From an uncultured Chloroflexia bacterium (GTDB lineage Bacteria; Chloroflexota; Limnocylindria; Limnocylindrales; CSP1-4), in assembly GCA_963829155.1 (NCBI GenBank), contig CAWHIA010000007.1, forward strand, positions 34,288 through 98,287: DNA of 64,000 bases, given 5' to 3'. A program made the translations under genes and the position numbers. Shown here in pieces: positions 29,714 to 46,863 of the stretch. The notes beneath the pieces are model-generated. The model worked only from the letters and a program-made list of their open reading frames with translations. It was not told the DNA's origin and did no database searches. How positions within the stretch are numbered: the stretch's first letter is position 1; every line of letters begins with the position of its first letter.

Positions 29714-29723
29714 CGTGGGTGTC

Positions 29724-31625
29724 CTAGTTGCTCTGGTAGTGGTTGCCGCGGATCAGGAGGTCGCGGTTCAGGTAGTCCTTCTTGATGTGGAAGTGGAACT
29801 GCAGGAACGCCTTGGCGATCTCGGTGGCCGCGTTGCCGACGGTCCGCGAGTCGTACGCGAACGCCAGGAACACGAGGTTCGAGGTGGTGCTGGCGAAGTC
29901 GGCCTTGTACGGGTTCTTCGGCACGAAGCCGGCGAACCACGAGTGGAACGGCAGGCGGCCCTTGCTGTCCCGGGTGCCGAACTCGGCCGTTCCCGACTTG
30001 CCGGCGACCTTCACGGGCATGTCGACAAGGTTGTAGGTGTGGCGCAGGGTCACGACGTGGCGGGCCGCGATGCGCATCGTGCGCAGCGTCGCCTGTGACA
30101 GCGGGAGCCGGCGGATGAGGTCGGGCTTGAACGGCGTGATGACCTTGCCGTCGGGACCGACGACCTGCCGGACGATCTGCGGCCGGTAGACCTTGCCGCC
30201 GTTCGCGAGGGCCGCGTAGGCGTTGATCAGCTGGATCGGCGTGACGACGTCGTAGCCCTGGCCGATGCCCGCCTGGTACGTCTCGCCCTGGAACATCGGC
30301 TGGCCGAAGGCGTTCATCTTCCACTTGTTGTTGGGGACGATGCCGGAGACCTCGCCCGGGAGGTCGATCCCGGTGGGCGCCCCAAAGCCGTACTGCCGTG
30401 CCCAGTAGGCCAGCCTGTCCGCGCCGAGCATGCCGGCCAACTGGAAGAAGAAGGTGTCCGACGAGTGGCCGAAGCCGCAGTTGATGTTGCACAGGCCGAA
30501 GCCGGTGTGGTTCCAGTCGTAGAACCGCGTGCCGCCGAGGGTCAGGTACCCGCGCGTCCGGATGAGCGTGGTCGGGGTGATCTTCTTGTCGGCCAGCGCG
30601 CCCGTCCCCGTGACCAGCTTGTACGTGGATCCCGGCGGGAAGTTGCCCTGGACCGCCTGGTTGGTCAGGGGCTCGTTCTTGTTCTCGACGAGGCGCCGGA
30701 AGTCCTTCGACGAGATGCCGCCCGAGAACAGGTTGTTGTCGTACGTCGGCAGGCTCACGAGGGCGAGCACCTCGCCCGTCTGCGGGTTCATCACGATGAA
30801 CACACCGCGCTTGAGCCCGGCGGCCCGCATCCCCCACTTGAGGGCGGCGGTCGCCTCCTTCTGGATCGTCTTGTCGATCGTCAGGGTGAGCGAGGCGCCC
30901 GGAACGGACTGCTGGAGCGTCCGGAGAACCTGCACGTCTCGGCCGGTGGCGTCGCGCTCCACGAGCTCCTTGCCGTAGGTGCCGCGGAGCGCCGACTCGA
31001 ACGATGCCTCCACGCCCGCCTTGCCGATGATGTCGTCGCTGAGATAGCCCTTCGTCTTGAGGCGATCGAGGGTGCCGCCGTCGATGGCGCCGGTATAGCC
31101 GACGACCTGCGACAGGAGGGGGCCGTCCGGGTACTCGCGCAGGGTGTCCACGGACACGTCGACACCCGGCAGCTCGTCGACCGACTCGGAGACGATCCTG
31201 GCGATCTTCTCGGGCACGTCCTGCGCCACCCGGACGGGATCGAAGCGGGAACCCGGGGCGCTGTCGAGCGTGGTCAGGATCTCAGAGGGCTCCATCTTCA
31301 GGAGCGTGCCGAGGCGCTGGGCGACGTCCTCGCGCTGGCTGAACGGCAGGTCAGCCGGGACGATCTTGACCGTCCACGACGCGACGTTGTTGACGAGCAC
31401 GCGGCCCTTCCGGTCGAAGATCAGGCCACGCGGCGCTGGGATGGCCGCCTCGGTCGTGCGATTCGCCTCGGCCCGCGCGGCATAGACCTGGCCGCGATCG
31501 ATCTGGAGATAGGCGAGGCGAGTGCCGAGAACGCCGAAGATCAGCACCATCACGATGCCGAAGGTCAGGAATCGGATCGGCCGACGGTCGCGCTCGCGGT
31601 GCGGGGTGAGCAGCTCCTCGTTCAC
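29724..31625 (-). CDS. mrdA: penicillin-binding protein 2 (class B transpeptidase)
   Basis: 633 aa with an N-terminal TM, the active-site motif STYK (PPGSTYK), and KSGT (GKSGTAEF). Its GTG overlaps the mreD stop. Confidence 0.9.
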   Translation of the reverse strand: MNEELLTPHRERDRRPIRFLTFGIVMVLIFGVLGTRLAYLQIDRGQVYAARAEANRTTEAAIPAPRGLIFDRKGRVLVNNVASWTVKIVPADLPFSQREDVAQRLGTLLKMEPSEILTTLDSAPGSRFDPVRVAQDVPEKIARIVSESVDELPGVDVSVDTLREYPDGPLLSQVVGYTGAIDGGTLDRLKTKGYLSDDIIGKAGVEASFESALRGTYGKELVERDATGRDVQVLRTLQQSVPGASLTLTIDKTIQKEATAALKWGMRAAGLKRGVFIVMNPQTGEVLALVSLPTYDNNLFSGGISSKDFRRLVENKNEPLTNQAVQGNFPPGSTYKLVTGTGALADKKITPTTLIRTRGYLTLGGTRFYDWNHTGFGLCNINCGFGHSSDTFFFQLAGMLGADRLAYWARQYGFGAPTGIDLPGEVSGIVPNNKWKMNAFGQPMFQGETYQAGIGQGYDVVTPIQLINAYAALANGGKVYRPQIVRQVVGPDGKVITPFKPDLIRRLPLSQATLRTMRIAARHVVTLRHTYNLVDMPVKVAGKSGTAEFGTRDSKGRLPFHSWFAGFVPKNPYKADFASTTSNLVFLAFAYDSRTVGNAATEIAKAFLQFHFHIKKDYLNRDLLIRGNHYQSN

Positions 31626-32122
31626 CAGGCAACCCGCTCGACGTCGCGCCGGCGGGCCGCGATCGCGACCGCGAGCGGCCCCACGGCCGCGGCGAGGACG
31701 ATGTCGTACACGGTCGACGGCAGGATCGTTCCGGCCGCGGCGGACGACAGGGGCGCGGTGGTCAGGGCGGTGGTCGTGAGAAGGATCAGCATCGAGTAGA
31801 GCGGGCTCGCGACTGCAGTGGCGCCGATCGGCGCCAGGATCCGGATTCGTCCGAGGAAGCTGCCGACGAGGTACCCGGCGGCGACGGCGATGAGCAGCGA
31901 GAACGACGTTGAGCCGAGCGGTCGCTGGGTGACGATGTCGAGGGCCAGGCCGCCGACGAAGGCCCAGGTCAGGCCCGTTTCGAGGCCGCCGATGATGGCT
32001 GTGATGACACCGAAGACGAGGACGGGGTGCGGGACGGCGTCCCCGACCTTCAGGTATGGGACAACGGTGAACTCAATGAGTGCTGTCACCACGGCGAGCG
32101 CCGCGGCGATGGTGAACTTCAT
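31622..32122 (-). CDS. mreD: rod-shape-determining protein MreD
   Basis: 166 aa from ATG 32122 with 5 hydrophobic spans. Its position directly upstream of mrdA-rodA matches the conserved mreD context. Confidence 0.7.
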   Translation of the reverse strand: MKFTIAAALAVVTALIEFTVVPYLKVGDAVPHPVLVFGVITAIIGGLETGLTWAFVGGLALDIVTQRPLGSTSFSLLIAVAAGYLVGSFLGRIRILAPIGATAVASPLYSMLILLTTTALTTAPLSSAAAGTILPSTVYDIVLAAAVGPLAVAIAARRRDVERVAW

Positions 32123-32280
32123 CAGGCGTTCGATCCTCGGCTGACGAGCCGACGATCGGGCCCGGGTGCATGGCGGCCGCGACGACGGAGTGACAGCAAA
32201 CTCGCGCGCCAGTATCCCATGGGGTCCGGGAACGGGCAATCGTGCGGGGCCGGACAAATCGGCACCCCGACGGCATCCGA

Positions 32281-32296
32281 TCGACCACGTGAAACA
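32281..32296. promoter_or_regulatory. degenerate parS-like site TCGACCACGTGAAACA (12/16 to TGTTTCACGTGAAACA)
   Basis: The right half-site is perfect and the flank GTGAAACACGAAG is shared with the strong sites. Confidence 0.45.
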
Positions 32297-32381
32297 CGAA
32301 GCGGCCGAGGGCGGCGCGTCCGCGCACATGCCATCCAGCTCATCGCCGAGCTCGAGGGACATCCTCGCCAAGCCCGCCCAT

Positions 32382-32397
32382 CACTTCGCGTGAAAGA
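32382..32397. promoter_or_regulatory. degenerate parS-like site CACTTCGCGTGAAAGA (11/16)
   Basis: Same flank pattern (GTGAAAGACGGAG) and same roughly 52-bp phasing as the other sites. Confidence 0.3.
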
Positions 32398-32433
32398 CGG
32401 AGCGGCGAGGCCGATGCGGCCGGCGGTCACCAT

Positions 32434-32449
32434 CGTTTCACGTGAAACA
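32434..32449. promoter_or_regulatory. parS: parS centromere site CGTTTCACGTGAAACA (15/16; perfect 14-bp palindrome GTTTCACGTGAAAC)
   Basis: Matches the widely conserved ParB-binding consensus tGTTtCACGTGAAACa and lies about 300 bp upstream of parA. Confidence 0.85.
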
Positions 32450-32537
32450 CGGTGCGCCGAAACCGAGGCGGCCGGCGCCAGCCATCGGTGACGTGCATCA
32501 CGGTCTGGCTGAAGCCGCCTCGTTCGGCCCATGTCCT

Positions 32538-32555
32538 CGTTTCACACGTGCAACA
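32538..32555. promoter_or_regulatory. disrupted parS-like site CGTTTCAC-AC-GTGCAACA (2-nt insertion plus 1 mismatch)
   Basis: The left half is perfect, the core is split by AC, and the flank CACGATG is shared. Confidence 0.35.
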
Positions 32556-32592
32556 CGATGCGATGACGCAAAGGCTCCCGGCGCCACGACCT

Positions 32593-32608
32593 CGTTTCAC
32601 GTGAAACA
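32593..32608. promoter_or_regulatory. parS: parS centromere site CGTTTCACGTGAAACA (15/16)
   Basis: Identical 16-mer to 32434-32449, about 140 bp upstream of parA. Confidence 0.85.
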
Positions 32609-32746
32609 CGAAGTTGCCGACGCCGATTGAGTGGCCGGTAAGCGTCGGCGTTCACCATCGGTCCACATCGGGCCACGGGACCGCGGGATTCGGGGCCTCC
32701 GATGCTAGAATTGGGGATGATGCGTGTGTTTGGAACAGGAGGCTGA

Positions 32747-33609
32747 GTGGGCCAGACGATCGCCTGCACCAATCAGAAGGGCGGCGTCGGGAAGACCACC
32801 ACGGTGGTCAATCTCGCAACCTATCTGGCTCTCCTCGGTGACCACGTCCTCGTCATCGATCTCGATCCCCAAGGCAACGCGACGAGCGGATTCGGGGTCG
32901 ATCGTGCCTCTCTCGACAGCTCCGTCTATGACGCGCTCGTCGATGGGCTCCCGCTCGCCGATCTCCACCTGCCGACCCCGGTGGAGGGCGTCCGCCTCGT
33001 GCCCTCGTCGATCGCCCTGGCCGGGGCCGAGGTCGAGCTCGCGGGCGTCGACGGACGCGAGCGCCGCCTCGCCCGCGCGCTCGATGCGGAGCGCGACAGC
33101 TGGGACTGGATCCTCATCGACTGCCCACCGTCGCTCGGGATCCTCACGGTGAACGCCCTGACCGGCGCCGATGCGGTGCTCGTGCCGATCCAGTGCGAGT
33201 ACTACGCGCTCGAGGGCCTGACGCAGCTCATCGCAACGATCAACCTCGTTCGCGACCACCTGAACCCGGACCTGGCCATCACGGGCGTTCTCCTGACGAT
33301 GTTCGACGGCCGCACCAATCTGTCGTCCGAGGTGGCCGCCGAGGTCAGGCGGCACCTGCACGAGGCCGTGTTCGAGACCGTCGTCCCCCGCAGCGTCCGG
33401 CTGTCGGAGGCTCCCAGCCACGGCGTGCCGATCGCGCTGTACCGGCCCGAATCGAAGGGCGCCGAGGCCTATCGCGACCTCGCGATCGAGGTTCGCGGCC
33501 GCCGGCCGACCCCCGTCTCCGGAAACGGGCACGTCCAATCGGCCAACGGGACCGACCGAGCGCCCACGCCAGATGCCCGGACCGTCACCCAGCTCGCGGG
33601 GATCGGCGC

Positions 33610-33613
<4 letters not shown>
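32747..33613 (+). CDS. parA: chromosome partitioning ATPase ParA/Soj
   Basis: GTG start after GGAACAGGAGG. Has the deviant Walker A NQKGGVGKTTT plus DLDPQGN and IDCPPSLG. Confidence 0.95.
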
Positions 33614-36986
<3,373 letters not shown>

Positions 36987-36990
<4 letters not shown>

Positions 36991-37979
36991 CCGCGGCCAC
37001 AGCGGATCCCGGGACCGTCTCGCCGGCGACGCAACGCGCCCGCGCCCTGGTCTCCGAGCGGACGCCCGCGGCCCTCGCGCTCGGACGGGAGGCGGGCGAC
37101 CTCGTCCACGAGCCCGCCGTGCTCGCGACCACCGTCCACGCGGGCCTCGAGCGCCTGGCCGATCCCGAGTACCACGAGGGAATGCACTGGGTCGCCCCGG
37201 GGCTGGGGCCGACGCTCGGCGTGCGGCAGCCGCTGCTCGCCGCCGTGAGCCGCGGCCTTCGCGAGGCGATGCGCCAGGACCGGGCGACCACCCTCCTCGA
37301 CGTCGCCGACGCGCTGCTCCAGGACGAGATCCTCGAGATGCACTGGCTCGCGTACGACCTCCTCGAGCGGGCGATCGTCAGCGAGCCCGAGCGCGCCTGG
37401 CAGCGCCTGCGGGTGGAGGCCTCCCGCGCGGGCGACTGGATCACGGTGGACTCGCTGGCCCACGTCGCGGGCCGCGGGATCCTGTCCGAACCCTATCGCT
37501 GGGCGGAGCTCGAGCAGCTCGTCTACTCGCCGTCGCGCTGGGAGCGCCGGCTCGTCGGCTCCACGATCGCGACCATCCCCCACGTCGACCGCCGCGCCGG
37601 TCGCGAGCCCGACGTCGCCGCCCACGCCCTCCCGATCCTCGCCGACCTGATCGGCGACGCCGACCCCGACGTCCAGAAGTCCATCTCCTGGGCGCTGCGC
37701 TCGATGAGCGTGGTCGACCACGACGCCACGATCGCCTTCCTCCGCCGCGAGGCAGCGACCGCCGCGCGCGACGACGACGGCCACCGGGCGTGGGTCGTCC
37801 GCGACGCGCTCGAGAAGCTGCCGCCCGAGGAGGCGGCCGAGCTCCGGACGGCCGCCGTGGGTATCCGGAAGCGCCCGGGAGCGCCGTCGACCTCCCGCGC
37901 CTCGGCCACCGCCGCGGCGTTCGCCGGGCTCGGGGTGACCGTTCCGCCCGATACGCGCCCGGTCGTGGATCGCGGCTGA
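36987..37979 (+). CDS. DNA alkylation repair (AlkD/AlkC-like HEAT-repeat) family protein
   Basis: ATGA overlap with the thioesterase. Helical repeats include SPSRWERRLVGSTI and DPDVQKSISWALRSM, resembling the AlkD signatures (W..RAAI; QKAIGWVLRE). Confidence 0.7.
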
Positions 37980-38028
37980 TGCCCTCGACTGAGCCGACCT
38001 TGCCGACCCTCCGCAGGAGAGCCACCAC

Positions 38029-40598
<2,570 letters not shown>

Positions 40599-40602
<4 letters not shown>

Positions 40603-41690
40603 CTCCCTTCGGCCAGCGGGAGGCAACCGTGTACGCGGATCAGTTCGAGATCTACCACGGCAACGCCAACCCCGATCTGGCGAGGAAGATCGCCCACTGG
40701 CTGAACAGCGAGCCCGGCCAGGCCGAGGTGTTCCAGTTCGCGAACGAGAACATCTTCGTGCGCATCCTGGACAACGTCCGCGAGAAGGACGTGTTCCTCG
40801 TCCAGCCGACCAGCCGCCCGGTCAACCAGTCGATCATGGAGCTCCTGATCATGATCGACGCCTTCAAGCGGGCGTCAGCCGGCCGGATCACGGCCGTCGT
40901 CCCGTACTACGCGTACGGGCGGTCCGACAAGAAGGACCAGCCGCGGGTGCCGATCACGGCGCGCCTGGTCGCCGACATGATCACGGTCGCCGGCGCGGAT
41001 CGGATGCTGACGATGGACCTCCACCAGGGCCAGATCCAGGGGTTCTTCAACATCCCGGTCGACGAGCTGACCGCCGTCCACATGCTCAGCCGCTACTTCA
41101 TCGACAAGCACCTGCCCGAGTGCGTCGTGGTCACCGATCTCGGGTTCGCGAAGCGGGCCCGTGCGTTCGCCGAGATCCTCGACGCGCCGCTGGCCATCGT
41201 CGAGAAGCGCCGCCACGGCAACCTCGACCGGGCCGAGGTGATCAACGTCATCGGCGAGGTCCACGGCCGGCGGGCGATCATCGTCGACGACGAGGTGGAC
41301 ACGGCCGGCACGCTGATCGAGACGGTGCGCGCGCTCGAGCGCGAGGGCGTCACCGAGATCTACGCCTGCGCCACGCACGGCGTGCTGTCCGACCCCGCGG
41401 TCGAGCGTATCGCCAACTCGAGCCTGCGCGAGCTCGTCATCACCGACAGCGTCCCCCTGCCGCCGTCGAAGATGCTGCCGCAGATCAAGGTCCTGTCCGT
41501 CGCGCCGCTGATCGGCGAGGCCATCAAGCGGATCCACCGCGGCGAATCGGTCGGCGCGCTGTTCTCGTCGGAGGTGTCGTTCACCCAGGAGATGCTCCTG
41601 TGGGAGGACGGGCCGGGACACGCCGGCGGCAACGCCCAGGCCGACGACGACGACGTACCATCACCGATGCCCGCCTCGGCCGGCGCCTGA
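40599..41690 (+). CDS. prs: ribose-phosphate pyrophosphokinase with an acidic tail of about 40 aa
   Basis: Contains [23 protein letters not shown] and the PRPP loop [11 protein letters not shown]. The TTG overlaps the gyrA stop; GTG 40629 is an alternative start. Confidence 0.93.
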
Positions 41691-41709
41691 CCGCACCCAC
41701 CGGAGACCC

Positions 41710-42042
41710 ATGAGCCTGCAGCTCCACCGCCCCGACGGGAAGGGCGGCCTCGAGCCCCGCGCCGTCACCGACGAGAACTGGCACAACCAGCTCCGCTCGC
41801 CGCGCTGGGGCGCGTCGCTCAAGGGCGGCAAGCTGCCCAGGCTCGCGAACCCCGAGATGAACCCGACGTCGACCGCGCGGTCGGTCGCGTTCTGGGTCGC
41901 CCTGGGCGTCATCACGTTCGCGATCATCGTCGTCGGCTACGGCAGCAGCTACTTCGCGTACCCGCCGACGCCCACCGCGGCGCCGGTCGTGACCGCGGCG
42001 CCCGTCACCGCCGCCCCGGTCGCGTCGCCGGCAGCCAGCTAG
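41710..42042 (+). CDS. hypothetical single-pass membrane protein with a Pro/Ala/Thr-rich tail
   Basis: 110-aa ORF with nearly 100% GC3, GGAGA upstream of the ATG, and one TM (VAFWVALGVITFAIIVVGY). Confidence 0.6.
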   Translation: MSLQLHRPDGKGGLEPRAVTDENWHNQLRSPRWGASLKGGKLPRLANPEMNPTSTARSVAFWVALGVITFAIIVVGYGSSYFAYPPTPTAAPVVTAAPVTAAPVASPAAS

Positions 42043-42104
42043 CCCGGTCCAGCCGGACACGGCCGAAGGAACCGGATCGCCGCCGCCACCGTCCGGGAGC
42101 CACG

Positions 42105-42389
42105 ATGCAACGAGCCCTCATCGCGTCCGGCGTCCTCGGTCTCGGGACCGCCCTCGTGTTCGGCGCCGCCGCCCTCACGGCCTCGCTGTTCCCCAACGGA
42201 TCCACGGTGGCCGCCGGCTTCAACGGCGGCGACATGATGTTCGCCAAGCCGGCCATGGGCGGGATGGCCGTCCCGATGCCGCCCCAGCCCGTGTTCGCCC
42301 AGCCCGACGTCGACGTCGGGGGTGGCGTGCAGGTCGCCGTGCCGGACGTCGCTCCGCTGCCCACCATCGGGCCCGGCCCCACGGATTGA
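42105..42389 (+). CDS. hypothetical small secreted/membrane protein, paralogue 1
   Basis: 94 aa. The N-terminal segment GVLGLGTALVFGAAALTASLFPNGSTVAAG is about 80% identical to the next gene. GC3-rich. Confidence 0.6.
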   Translation: MQRALIASGVLGLGTALVFGAAALTASLFPNGSTVAAGFNGGDMMFAKPAMGGMAVPMPPQPVFAQPDVDVGGGVQVAVPDVAPLPTIGPGPTD

Positions 42390-42399
42390 GCCGCACGCC

Positions 42400-42666
42400 G
42401 TGAAGGCCGGGCTCGTCGTCGGTAGCGTCCTCTCGCTGGGCACGGCGTTCGTCTTCGGCGCCGCAGCCGTGACCGCGTCGCTGTTCCCCAACGGCGCGAC
42501 GGTCCCCGCCGGTGGCATGGACCAGTCGCAGGTCGTGTGGGCACCCAACGGCCGGCTGATCGGCGCGGGGATCAAGCAGCGGGGTCTGCTCATGGGCGCC
42601 CCGGTGGTGGTCAACGGGCCTGACGTCCTCGTCGACCCGCTGCCGCCGCCCGTCGTCACGCGCTGA
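42400..42666 (+). CDS. hypothetical small secreted/membrane protein, paralogue 2
   Basis: From GTG 42400: VKAGLVVGSVLSLGTAFVFGAAAVTASLFPNGATVPAG..., a tandem duplicate of 42105..42389. Confidence 0.6.
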   Translation: MKAGLVVGSVLSLGTAFVFGAAAVTASLFPNGATVPAGGMDQSQVVWAPNGRLIGAGIKQRGLLMGAPVVVNGPDVLVDPLPPPVVTR

Positions 42667-42713
42667 TCAGCGTCGCCGGCGCGCCGGGCGGCGCCGGCCG
42701 GGGGTTCGGCGTC

Positions 42714-42727
42714 CCCACCCTATACTC
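42714..42727 (+). promoter_or_regulatory. CCCACCCTATACTC box (TATACT -10-like) 9 nt upstream of the secA ATG
   Basis: The identical 14-mer recurs at 46502-46515. Its position implies a leaderless or near-leaderless secA mRNA. Confidence 0.3.
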
Positions 42728-42735
42728 AGCCGGCC

Positions 42736-45767
<3,032 letters not shown>

Positions 45768-45790
45768 CCCGGTCCAGACGCGGCGACCTC

Positions 45791-46394
45791 GTGCGGCTGT
45801 TCATCGTCTCCGGCCTCGCCGTCGCGGTGGTGACGGCCGTCGCGGCCGTCCGGATCTGGCAGCAGGGCGACCAGGACGAGCAGCGACGGGCCGACGCGAT
45901 CGTCGTGCTCGGGGCGGCGCAGTACGACGGGCGGCCGTCGCCCGTGTTCGAGGCTCGCCTCGACCACGCGGTGCAGCTGTGGAAGTCCGGGATCGCCGAC
46001 TCGTTCGTGGTCACGGGCGGCAAGCTGCCCGGCGACCGCACCACCGAGGCGGCCGTCGCCCGCAAGTACGCGCTCAACCACGACGTCCCCGACGGCTCGA
46101 TCTGGGGCGAGAACGAGGCCCACAACACGCTCGACTCGCTGCGGGCGGTCGCGGCGGAGATGAAGCAGCGCGGCCTCAAGTCGGCGGTGTTCGTCTCCGA
46201 TCCGACCCACATGCTGCGGGTCCTCCGGATCGCGCACGACCTCGGGCATCGAGGCGTACGGGTCGCCCACGCCCACCTCCCCGGTGGAGCAGGACCTCGG
46301 TCGCCGGCTGTCGGCGACGGTCCACGAGCTGGGCGCGCTCGCGGTGTACTTCGTCACCGGCGGGGCGCCGGCGGTGGAGCAGCCCGGGAGCTGA
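45791..46394 (+). pseudogene. DUF218 (YdcF/ElyC-like) protein, one frame break
   Basis: From GTG 45791: TM, then [25 protein letters not shown]...VVTGG...VSDPTHMLR. After RIAHDLG the sequence continues in another frame ([17 protein letters not shown]...[14 protein letters not shown], stop 46392-46394). Confidence 0.75.
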
Positions 46395-46485
46395 CCTCGG
46401 GCTCCGCTGGCGACGGCCGCGCGACCCTCTCCGGGCGGCCGTTCAATGCCACGCAAATCTCCGCACGAAATTCCGGTCCAACCCC

Positions 46486-46514
46486 TTGGCGTGAACGTGA
46501 GCCCACCCTATACT
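46486..46514 (+). promoter_or_regulatory. promoter-like TTGGCG-N17-TATACT upstream of the Cys-rich ORF / prfB
   Basis: Hexamers at 46486-46491 and 46509-46514. The -10 sits within the 14-mer shared with the secA upstream region. Confidence 0.35.
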
Positions 46515-46626
46515 CGGGTTCAGTCCTTCGCCCCCCAGGGATCGGCGTCGCCCAGCCCATCGCCCCCTGTCCAAGCCCTGACGCTGCATCCCATCCGTCA
46601 CGCTCGATCGACAGCGAAGGCTGAGA

Positions 46627-46863
46627 GTGAGGGAGCATGTGAAGCAGGCCGAGGAAGCCCAGTTCGTGGACCTGATCGCGTGTGAACGCGATTGCCGGAA
46701 CTGCAGCTACGCCGTTGCGCTCGATTGCGACGGCAACTGCGGCGTCTGCCCTCATAACAGCTACTGTCCCTGCGTGAACCCCGTCGTCGCCCGGAGCAAG
46801 ACCGCCCTTCGGCTGATCGAGCTCCGTCCGATCCTGCTCCACGACCTCCAGGTGCGCTCCTAG
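46627..46863 (+). CDS. small Cys-rich protein (78 aa, 8 Cys, two CX3CX2C motifs), family not recognised
   Basis: VREHVKQAEEAQFVDLIACERDCRNCSYAVALDCDGNCGVCPHNSYCPCVNP... has high GC3 despite lower overall GC. Its TAG stop abuts the prfB GTG (TAGGTG). Confidence 0.55.
   Translation: MREHVKQAEEAQFVDLIACERDCRNCSYAVALDCDGNCGVCPHNSYCPCVNPVVARSKTALRLIELRPILLHDLQVRS

Noticed and set aside
32281-32608. Repeated roughly 20-nt motif with regular spacing as a CRISPR array
   Set aside because: The repeats are palindromic parS consensus sites and are partly degenerate. Spacing alternates between about 52 and 104 bp rather than following a fixed repeat-spacer unit, and no cas genes are present.
32123-32746. 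The 620-bp non-coding region next to parA as the replication origin (oriC)
   Set aside because: I found only one weak DnaA-box-like 9-mer (cGGTCCACA at 32657-32665, 7/9 to TTGTCCACA) and no AT-rich unwinding element. No dnaA or dnaN gene is adjacent. The repeated element is parS, not a DnaA box.
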